Assembly (NCBI GenBank): GCA_029564465.1
Contig: JAKQPY010000154.1
Span: 10,477 to 74,476, forward strand
Reading direction: 5' to 3'
Source: Bacteroidota bacterium
GTDB lineage: Bacteria; Bacteroidota; Bacteroidia; Bacteroidales; ML635J-15
Length of the DNA stretch: 64,000 bases
In this document: piece after piece, positions 30,578 through 39,700 of the stretch
Position numbering within the stretch: position 1 is the first letter of the stretch
How the letters are laid out: each line of letters begins with the position of its first letter
Notes under the pieces: model-generated
The model's input: only the letters and a program-made list of their open reading frames with translations
What the model was told of the DNA's origin: nothing
Databases searched by the model: none
Translations under genes and position numbers: made by a program

Positions 30578-31666
30578 GTGAAAATTGTAGTTTCTGTAAG
30601 CAACGACATTGTTACCGACCAACGGGTACATCGGGTGTGCAACACACTGATTGACAATGACTTTAAAGTTGTACTTCTGGGTCGTAAAAAACAAAATTCT
30701 CCAACATTGGGCATATATTCATTCGAAACCAAGCGTTTCAGGTTACTGTTCGAAAAAGGTCCATTGTTTTACGCATGTCTGAATATGCGGCTATTTCTTT
30801 ATTTGCTTTTCGTCAAAGCCGATATTTTTTTGAGCAATGACCTCGATACATTGCCCGCCAATTATTATGCTGCAAAAATACGGTGCAAGAAACTGGTATA
30901 CGACAGCCATGAGTTATTTACCGAAGTACCCGAACTGCAAGGCCGGCCACGCGTAAAAGCATTCTGGGAACGCATCGAAAAACGAATACTTCCCAACATT
31001 AAATACAGCTATACAGTGTGCGAAAGTATTGCAGCTTACTACAATCAAAAATATGGAATTGAGATGCATGTGGTAAGAAACGTTCCTACTAAAAAAGAAA
31101 TTCAGATACCTTTTCATGAAAGAGGAAATGTATTTATTTATCAGGGAGTTTTAAATAAGGGTCGTGGACTCGAGATGCTGATTGAATCCATGGTTCATTT
31201 AAAAGAATACCAGTTGATAATTGCCGGCAGTGGTGATATCGAAGATAAGCTTAAACATATTGCTGCTGAACACAAAGCCGATAATGTATTGTTTGCGGGA
31301 AGAATCCCGCCTGAGGCACTTCATGCACTTACCTGTAAGGCAATTCTCGGATTTTCGCTCGAAGAAGATTTGGGACTGAACTACCGATTTGCTTTGCCCA
31401 ATAAAATTTTTGACTATATTCAGGCAGGTGTGCCGGTGATGGTAAGTAAATTGCCTGAAATGGAAAAGTTAGTTACACTATATACTGTAGGTCAATGTTC
31501 ATTAGCAACCACAGTACAACAGTTGTCCGGTGAAATACAAAAAATAATAGGCAATAAATCTTATAGAGAATTATATCATCCGAATTGCCTTAAGGCTGCT
31601 GAAACTCTGCATTGGGGCAACGAAAAACAGATACTCACATCATTGTTTGAATCCATCAAATCCTAA
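30578..31666 (+). CDS. Glycosyltransferase (GT-B fold, group 1/GT4-like)
   Basis: MKIVVSVSNDIVTDQRVHR start. C-terminal half has GRGLEMLIE, LIIAGSGD and P.KIFDYIQAGVPVMVS, typical of GT4 enzymes. Confidence 0.75.
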   Translation: MKIVVSVSNDIVTDQRVHRVCNTLIDNDFKVVLLGRKKQNSPTLGIYSFETKRFRLLFEKGPLFYACLNMRLFLYLLFVKADIFLSNDLDTLPANYYAAKIRCKKLVYDSHELFTEVPELQGRPRVKAFWERIEKRILPNIKYSYTVCESIAAYYNQKYGIEMHVVRNVPTKKEIQIPFHERGNVFIYQGVLNKGRGLEMLIESMVHLKEYQLIIAGSGDIEDKLKHIAAEHKADNVLFAGRIPPEALHALTCKAILGFSLEEDLGLNYRFALPNKIFDYIQAGVPVMVSKLPEMEKLVTLYTVGQCSLATTVQQLSGEIQKIIGNKSYRELYHPNCLKAAETLHWGNEKQILTSLFESIKS

Positions 31667-31674
31667 AAATTGTC

Positions 31675-33003
31675 ATGAGTATAACCGAAAAAGACATCAC
31701 TGTCAACAGTTTCTCGCTTACAATATGCGGAATGTTCCGATACGATAAAGCAGCTTTTTATTCACGCAATGATATTGAGAATTATTTTGTTCCATGGCAG
31801 CACCGCCTTAGCGAAAGTCAGCGTGAACCAACGAGAAAACATTTACAAAACAGTTACTACGATAGTTTCTTAAGTAACATGTATCCCGAAATTCTGCATG
31901 CTGAAATGTTTAACAGCGCAAGCCGTGCCAATGTTTTGAATCATTTCACCGACAAACAGCTCATCGAAAAACCCACAGATTATGAGGCTATCCATTGCGA
32001 ATTGCAAGACCGACTTTCCGATTTTTCGATGAAATTTTCATATATCGATGTCTATCTGTTTCCTGAACAAACAGGTGTATTCAGCATTAACATTGTTTTA
32101 GAGGGCAAACCTGACTTGGCACAAATAAGTAACTGCATGTATCTGATTCGTCAACCCTCGGTGCTTCTTTGCATTAATGGTGAACACAAACCATTATATA
32201 ATTTTATCGAAGATGAAATTATAAAACCAATCAACGGAGCCAGCGACTGGACTGCCTATAACCCCCAACTGAAGTTGTTTAGCTTAATAGACATTGCTAA
32301 CAATATTGATACCGGTGATTTGCTTGCAATGCTATATGACTTGGGCAATGTTGCGCGATTAGGAACAGCAGCTGGCAACAATGAATTTTCACCATCAAAA
32401 ACATATTACAACGACCTTATCGAAAACCATACCATTTCGGTTTATAATAACTGGGCCGCTTTGGCTTTGTACGACACATTCACACGTATAAGCATTAACT
32501 ATCCCGACACATACAGAGCATGGGAAAATGAATATTTTAACATATACGTGCATTGCCTGCATCTGAAGTTTTACATGTACTACACCAATTCACAATTGAG
32601 CGATATTATCAATGTTTCGAAGCGCACCAAGGCTATCCGGAACGAATTTATTGCATTTCTGAACAAATACCAACACATTCAAATTTCGTATAAGTTTCTG
32701 CCCGACAAAATTAAAGACCGTTTGTTTATTGCTCTTGACATTCCTTCGGAAACAGAACATCTTGAGCAAAAAGTACAGCGCATCAACGAGCTATCGCAAG
32801 AGGCAAAAATGGAATCGAGCAACTTAATCCTCTATATCATTGCTTTGCTGGGCATTGTGCAGTCAATTGTTGCCTTTTCCGACTGGTTTGTAAAACTGGG
32901 GATTTCAGATAAATTTGTCTATCCCAATGGAAGCCTTTTTTTCAGTGTATTACTGGTATCGTTAATAGGTGCGATTTTTTTAATTCGTAATAAGAAACGA
33001 TAA
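31675..33003 (+). CDS. Hypothetical membrane protein with CorA-like architecture (soluble N-domain, long helices, two C-terminal TM helices; no GMN motif)
   Basis: C-terminus NLILYIIALLGIVQSIVAFSDWF ... LFFSVLLVSLIGAIFLIRNKKR. 8-nt gap to the glycosyltransferase gene. The CorA resemblance is architectural only. Confidence 0.55.
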   Translation: MSITEKDITVNSFSLTICGMFRYDKAAFYSRNDIENYFVPWQHRLSESQREPTRKHLQNSYYDSFLSNMYPEILHAEMFNSASRANVLNHFTDKQLIEKPTDYEAIHCELQDRLSDFSMKFSYIDVYLFPEQTGVFSINIVLEGKPDLAQISNCMYLIRQPSVLLCINGEHKPLYNFIEDEIIKPINGASDWTAYNPQLKLFSLIDIANNIDTGDLLAMLYDLGNVARLGTAAGNNEFSPSKTYYNDLIENHTISVYNNWAALALYDTFTRISINYPDTYRAWENEYFNIYVHCLHLKFYMYYTNSQLSDIINVSKRTKAIRNEFIAFLNKYQHIQISYKFLPDKIKDRLFIALDIPSETEHLEQKVQRINELSQEAKMESSNLILYIIALLGIVQSIVAFSDWFVKLGISDKFVYPNGSLFFSVLLVSLIGAIFLIRNKKR

Positions 33004-33014
33004 TTAACCGCAAT

Positions 33015-33872
33015 ATGAAAACCAAAAAAATCATTTATTTCGGGCTGCTTGCTTTTTCGGTTGCAGCATTAGTTTCAAGCATACTTATTAACCCCAACCG
33101 TTTTGCTATTATTATTTTGCTGACAATTTTTTCTGGTATTTTATCAGCAACGGGATTAACACATATCTATGCTTCAACAAAAAAGTCTTTCAAAATATCG
33201 AGATTTCTATTATTCTCTGCACTGGCAATACTAATTGCACTGATAATTGTTTTTATTTTTTACGAAAACGATTTCATCATCTTTGTAGTTATTTTAAGTG
33301 CGCTATTATTAATCTTTTCTGCCTTATCAATGATTGTATATAAGCAAAAAACCGACTTATTTGTTCTGATTTCAATTTTGATCTGTTTGACCGGCTTTAT
33401 TTTTAAAATGTATCACTTTCCTGGAGCATCAATTTTTATGATTACCGGATTTGGGTTTGGGGCAATCCTGAACATGCAACTTATTCATTATAAGATTACT
33501 TCCTACGAAAGTCACATCAATGTAAAATTGAATTTTTTCAAGAATTTCATCTGCATCACACTGTTTATAAGCTATTTTGCCACAATGTTCCGTTTTCAGC
33601 ACTTCCCCTTTGGCGGCTTACTCGAACTAATCAGCCTGGTGACAATAATCATTACGATACTTTCCTTTGTCTTTCTGTTGCCCAGTTCAAATTTTATAGA
33701 GTGGACAAAACAGCACAAACTTCTGTTTTACAGAGGCTTACTGATCCCTGTCATTTTTTTCGCAAGCTTGCTATCACTTTCTTATGTATTTCCAGAAACC
33801 TTTCAGCAATTGTTTCAACTAAACTCAAAAAAAGAAGCATTTTTCATGACTCTATATGAAATTCCCGAATAA
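33015..33872 (+). CDS. Polytopic membrane protein of unknown function
   Basis: About 8 hydrophobic helices. Repeated FKMYHFPGAS / FRFQHFPFGG motif, similar to the helix-hairpin motif seen in several Bacteroidota membrane proteins. Confidence 0.6.
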   Translation: MKTKKIIYFGLLAFSVAALVSSILINPNRFAIIILLTIFSGILSATGLTHIYASTKKSFKISRFLLFSALAILIALIIVFIFYENDFIIFVVILSALLLIFSALSMIVYKQKTDLFVLISILICLTGFIFKMYHFPGASIFMITGFGFGAILNMQLIHYKITSYESHINVKLNFFKNFICITLFISYFATMFRFQHFPFGGLLELISLVTIIITILSFVFLLPSSNFIEWTKQHKLLFYRGLLIPVIFFASLLSLSYVFPETFQQLFQLNSKKEAFFMTLYEIPE

Positions 33873-33874
33873 TA

Positions 33875-36589
33875 TTATGGCATAAATATTTGCCCATCAA
33901 ATACAAGTTCCTTCAAATACGAAATATCAATCGGATACTGATATAATCTGTTCTCATTAATTGTCAGCAAGTGTTTCCCATTGGGTGAAAACTCCGGCTT
34001 TTGGCCATCGAATACAAACACAGGATATCCATTATTCCTGTCTAAAACACTGATGAGAACTGTCTCGTTAAGGCCTTCGACCTGTAGGGCAAATAATTTT
34101 CCATTGTCGGTCGCATCAATTGACGAATAAATTGTATCTCCTTCCAGCTCAGGAATAAACCAACTTGAAAAAATAGCGTTTTTATACCGCTTTATTGTGC
34201 CTTCAGCAACGCTATCAATGCTCATACCTGATAAAACAAAATCGCGATTTATCGTTGCAGGGTCGAAAGTCTTTAATGTTCCTGCGTTTCCATACCGGTT
34301 GATAATTATTGCTGATTTTGTTTTCGAAAATACTGCCCGGTAAACAGGCGACATCTGCGAACAGGCATATATACTTCTGTCATCGTTCAAATAGCCATGT
34401 TCTTCTCCGGTTAAGCGCCACATCCGAATTGTACTGTCAGCAGACGCAGTCAGAATATAATTCGATTCTTTGTTGAAAACAGCACTCCAAACGATGTCAG
34501 AATGACCCTTAAGAACGCTTCTCTTGTCGTATTTCTCAGTCTTTTCGTTGTATTTCCAAATCTGCGCTGTTGCATCTTTCGAAGCTGTTACCAACCATTT
34601 TGCATCTGGTGAAATGCAAACCGAAGTAACTGCGGCCGAATGGGATGACAGTTTTTGTAACATTTCCCCATTACGCTTATCATAAATCACCACACTGCTA
34701 TCGGCCGAAATACATGCAAGATGGTGTTGCGCTGGTGCAAAACTAAGCATATCATGGGTATTAATTAGCCCTGATTGGGTTTGCAGCGCAAATATTTTTT
34801 CACCATTAAGCGTAAAGAGAATTATCGAATCCTGGGAGCTTACACATGCAACATATTTGGCGTCATTAGACATTTTCAACGAGACAATACCTGCATGACA
34901 GCTGATTTGGGTTTTTACCTGACCATCTGTATTCCAGATAACAATGGTCGAATCGGCCAGATAACCATAAATATAATTTCCTTCTTCGGAATAATGCGCT
35001 TCACAAATTTTTGATTCGCAGGGTGTGAATGAGAAACTAAGTCTGTCATTTCCGGTATTTTTGAGAATTTCGTTTCGCCATCCATAAAAACTATTGATTA
35101 CAGCTTTTTGAGTAAATGCCGTGGGAAATTCTTCGTGTGCCTCGACTGCACTGCTAAATGCAAGTTGGTAATTACCATGGTTACCCAAGGCAAACAATGC
35201 TTTTTTCTGGGACTCTGTCTTTTTCACTTCGCGTCTAACGTAAATAGTAAGTAATGTAAAAACAAGGGCCAGCACGACTACCGAAAGAGCGGTAATACGG
35301 TTGAGCACTTTGCGGCGTTTAACAATATCACTTTTGCTGGCTTGAATAAATGCTGAGAGCTTATCATCAAAATGCAGGCTACTTTCGTAACGATCAAGGT
35401 ATTTCAGATCGGATACTCCGAGTAAAACGTTTCGTTTTTCGTAAATGAAATACGCATTCTCAACAAACTGCCTCACTTCGAACAATTCTTTTTCAGCAAT
35501 ACTAATATTTTCGAATATTTTCTCTGCCAGCGCATCGTGGCGCAATTCGTAACGCCCGTAGTTGTCGCGGTCGCGCAAAATACGCAGGTTTACAAAATGA
35601 TTCAACAGGGTTGTAAGTGTTTGCGATTCGATGGTTTTACCCATACTTCGGCAGAAATCAGCAATTTCTTCCTGTGTCGATTGTTTTTTGGTGCCTTTGC
35701 CCGATACCAACGACTTAAGCATCGTCATCGCCAAATCGCTGTTTTCAAAGCTTTTTACCTGCTCATCGAGAAAGTCGCCCAACAAGTCTTTTACGTTCCC
35801 GCAATTATCGACCAGAGCGTTAGTAAATGCTGGAACCTGTTTGTGTTCGCCATTCCCGGTGGCTTGTTTGTACAGCCGGTCGAGAAATACCTGCAAATAA
35901 GTAAGTTCTATTTCGCCACCACCAGAGGTCAGGCGGTTCAGCATGTTTTCTGAAAAACCTTCTTCCACTTCGATCCCCGCAATACGACATGGTCCTTCGA
36001 TTGCCTGACGCGCATTTTCGAAACCCATTTTTTCGATTCTCACTCGGTTACCCAGAATTTCGGGGATAATGCGTTCGAATTCAGTGATACCGGCCAAATA
36101 TTCTTCGCGGATTACAAACAGAAAACGGCATTGCAAATCGCTGTCAACCACAGCCTTCACCGATTGCACGAACTGCTGTTTCTCGGTTTTGCTGCCAAAA
36201 ATCATCAACTCTTCGAACTGGTCGTACACCAAATACACCGGTTTAAAATGGTCGAGATACAACGAGCGTATCATTTTGCTCATCCATTTGGGTTTATTCA
36301 GGTCGGCGCTAACTTCGGTGAGCGAAGCTTTCTGCAGCTCCATCAGCGTGGCTTCGTTTATATCGCGTCCACGACGGATATTCACCGGCAGCCAGTCGCT
36401 ATCGTTAAACTTCGACGCCAGTCCGCAATGTATCAGCGACGATTTTCCGGTTCCCGAAACACCGTAAACAAGCAATATTTTACTCTCAAACACCTTTTGA
36501 TAGAGTGCTTCTATTTCGCGGTCACGTCCGAAAAACACATTCCGGTCATCGCGCGTGTAAGAATCGAGAAATTTAAAGGGACTTTGCAT
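33875..36589 (-). CDS. STAND-type P-loop NTPase - single TM helix - WD40 beta-propeller protein (904 aa)
   Basis: N-terminus FFGRDREIEAL..LLVYGVSGTGKSSL (Walker A) and VYLVYDQFEE (Walker B). TM helix ITALSVVVLALVFTLLTIYV at about aa 430-450. WD-like repeats SKDATAQIWKY, SADSTIRMWRL, LADSTIVIWNT. Confidence 0.9.
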   Translation of the reverse strand: MQSPFKFLDSYTRDDRNVFFGRDREIEALYQKVFESKILLVYGVSGTGKSSLIHCGLASKFNDSDWLPVNIRRGRDINEATLMELQKASLTEVSADLNKPKWMSKMIRSLYLDHFKPVYLVYDQFEELMIFGSKTEKQQFVQSVKAVVDSDLQCRFLFVIREEYLAGITEFERIIPEILGNRVRIEKMGFENARQAIEGPCRIAGIEVEEGFSENMLNRLTSGGGEIELTYLQVFLDRLYKQATGNGEHKQVPAFTNALVDNCGNVKDLLGDFLDEQVKSFENSDLAMTMLKSLVSGKGTKKQSTQEEIADFCRSMGKTIESQTLTTLLNHFVNLRILRDRDNYGRYELRHDALAEKIFENISIAEKELFEVRQFVENAYFIYEKRNVLLGVSDLKYLDRYESSLHFDDKLSAFIQASKSDIVKRRKVLNRITALSVVVLALVFTLLTIYVRREVKKTESQKKALFALGNHGNYQLAFSSAVEAHEEFPTAFTQKAVINSFYGWRNEILKNTGNDRLSFSFTPCESKICEAHYSEEGNYIYGYLADSTIVIWNTDGQVKTQISCHAGIVSLKMSNDAKYVACVSSQDSIILFTLNGEKIFALQTQSGLINTHDMLSFAPAQHHLACISADSSVVIYDKRNGEMLQKLSSHSAAVTSVCISPDAKWLVTASKDATAQIWKYNEKTEKYDKRSVLKGHSDIVWSAVFNKESNYILTASADSTIRMWRLTGEEHGYLNDDRSIYACSQMSPVYRAVFSKTKSAIIINRYGNAGTLKTFDPATINRDFVLSGMSIDSVAEGTIKRYKNAIFSSWFIPELEGDTIYSSIDATDNGKLFALQVEGLNETVLISVLDRNNGYPVFVFDGQKPEFSPNGKHLLTINENRLYQYPIDISYLKELVFDGQIFMP

Positions 36590-36717
36590 AGGGTATTATT
36601 ATTTTTTCATGTATTGATTTAATATGTAAAATGGAAAATGTTCTCCACTAAGTAAAGCAACTTTCGTTGATATAGAGTCGGAAACATCATTCCATTTCTT
36701 TAAGAAATAATTTTCTT

Positions 36718-39700
36718 TTATTTCTTATCAGTTCGCAATAATTCTAATGTCGTTGCATAACCAATATGATAGATTCCTTTCTCTTGGAGGTTTTCAATGT
36801 CTTGGATAAATACCGATTGGAATGTACGTTTTTCATCATACATTTCATTATTATATTTTGCATACCACTTCATTGCCATAAAATATTTATTTTGCAGTAA
36901 ATATATTACTGGCTTTTTAGCGAGGGCAGCTTTATTTAAAGGATTATGCTTCAATATGAATTGGTTAACCTGAAATAAATACTTCACATTAACCATTTTT
37001 GTGATATTTTCATCCATGAATAAGTTTAGAATCATCACAAAAAAACTCATACTTTCATCAAATTCAGTTGAATTTTCAATTGCCTCAAGTAAGGAAACTA
37101 AAAGGTATTCTGGATGAATTTCTGAATCATAAAAAACTTCCAAGTTTTCATTGTATAGTGTTAATAGCTCGTACTTATCCCAAAAATTATTTGATTTTAT
37201 AATCTTCATGTGATAAAAACCCCATTCTATCGGATCTACCTCGACATCATATTTAATCAGTTCAATATCTGATATTAATTTCCGAAAAACAAAATGTAGT
37301 TTTTCGGGATTTTTTTTAATAAGTTCAGAGCTAACTAAGCTTGCTTTTATTAAATAGTCCGCCTTTGAAACACTGTCAATAGTTAAATCACAATTGCGTT
37401 TCAAATAAAAAAATAATTCATTCAATTCTAATTCAGATGCTGTAGTTATTGATTGTTGAAAATCAAAAACAATTTCGTATTGCATTTTATTACTCAAGCT
37501 TAAAACATCGGCGCAGTTTTCACTTAATGGGTATTTGTAATCTGACTTTAACGAGAATAGTAACACCTTATTGAAACCATAGAAACCTACTGATAGGAGT
37601 TTACCATTTTGTGACACATCAATATTGGCAAGAGAATTACGAAAAATCAAGCTGCATTTTTTTAGACCAACCTTATCATACATTTCCAAATTCATATTTT
37701 TAAACCCGCCAGCTGTAAAAATTGAAAAAACCGAGTTGATAGCAGCATCTGCAACTTCATTCTCATATCCGGGTATAATCAATTTTACGTTTAACAATGA
37801 ATCAAATACATATAAATTACTTCCTCCAAGGGAAGAATAGTAAAGTTTTTGTTTTTTGTCTTCTTTAATAAAAGTTTCAAATGGATAATAAATACTTCCT
37901 TTCCCTTGATATCTCTTAAGCTCGTTCCCAACACTATCGAGCAAAAGTATTACTCCTTTCATTGCATCAATAGCAATAATTTGATTGTTGTCTAGCAACT
38001 TAACGGCTTGAATAATGGTCCCAGGAATTTCGTCTTTTTCTACTTTTCGGATCAATTCACCACCTCGGTTGTAAATATAAATGCAACGTTTATTGTCGCA
38101 TACAGCAATTCGCTTGTTATCTCTCGACAAGTCGATATTAGTAATATATTGACATTCGGTTTTAATTGTCAGAATATTTTCTCCATTTAACCCCCACAAC
38201 CGCACTGTGCTATCTGAAGAAGATGTGAGCATAAATTTTCCATCGTAAGAAACCACAGCATCGTTGATACCTCGTTTGTGACCAATTAACAAAGTTTCTC
38301 TACCTGTTGTCAGATCAACAATTTTCGAAATGGAATCTCTGGAACATATAAACAAACTTTCATCATTATTTATAAATGACAAATGTGTTATCTGATTTCT
38401 ACCGCCGTCGCAATAATTATTACTAATAGCGTTCCCTGTGTAAATTGCGTCCGATTTGGCATTAGCAGGTACCGTGAATGATTGCAATAGTTGTTGTTCC
38501 ATATTCCAACGTTTCAAGCTGCCATCAAAAGAGGCAGAAAACAAATAGCTGCCAATAACTTCAACATCAAGCACTATGTGTTTATGGCCAAGAAATGAAG
38601 ATAAAAATTCGCTCTGACCATAAGATGCCAAATAGCTGTAAATATTGTTATCCTCTGTGTAAATCATTAAATCGTTTATTCTCCATAACTTAGCGTATTC
38701 AGAGGAATTTGTTTGAATCTTGTCAATAAAGTTGCCCTCACTATCATATTCAAGAATAGCATTTGACGTTCTAAAAAGTAAAGTTTTACCTATTTGAACA
38801 AAACCTGATACATTATCATTGAATTCAACAGTGTTTATACAGTTGCCATTGGTGTCCCAGAATTTGGCGGTTTTATCGTCAGAGCATGTAATAAAAACAT
38901 TTTCATTGTCAAGAAATTTCAAATCTGCAATATTCTCATTGTGCGCATCTTTATCAACCAAAAGCGTCCAATTTCTATCGTAGATTTGAAAACTGTGTCT
39001 AGCAACACTGATCACAATTTTTTGCCTGTCTGGCGATACAGCAATACATCTTTTCAGCCCAATATAATCTGCTGTGCCTGTTCTATCTGGAGCCAATACT
39101 GCAATTAAATTCATCGAACTATCCCATACTTTAGCCGTACAATCAAACGATGCTGTAATTATTGTATTATCATCATAAAAACAAATTTCTGTAATTACAC
39201 GATTATGAATTGTATCGTACTTAGCTACTAGGTTTCCTGAAGTATCTACCACATGCATTGAACCATCGACCATGCCTAAAAACAAAACATCTTTTTGCGG
39301 ATGTTTTTTCACACAAGATATCCCTGTATTAACCCCGTATATTGTTTTATACAAATTATTAGAATAGTAAATCGAATAAATATTTTCCAGGATTTCTTTA
39401 TTAGCAGTATCAATGCTGTAGGCATATTCTGCCAATCGCAATGCAACTGTAGGGTTTTCGTTAACAACTCCCTTAGCTAATGAATTATAATAATTTGCCA
39501 ACGCTTTTTTCTCATTCTCTTCTGCCTTGCTCCTCTCCCGCATTGCCCACCATGTAAATCCACTCAGCACAATGAGCAGCACAATGGCTGCTGAAGACAG
39601 TATCCAGATTCTCCGCCTGCGGGCTTTGGTAAGTTCACTTTGGCTGCGTTTTATGAATGTTTCGTGTTCGCGCGATAAATACAGCTTGTCGCTATATGGC

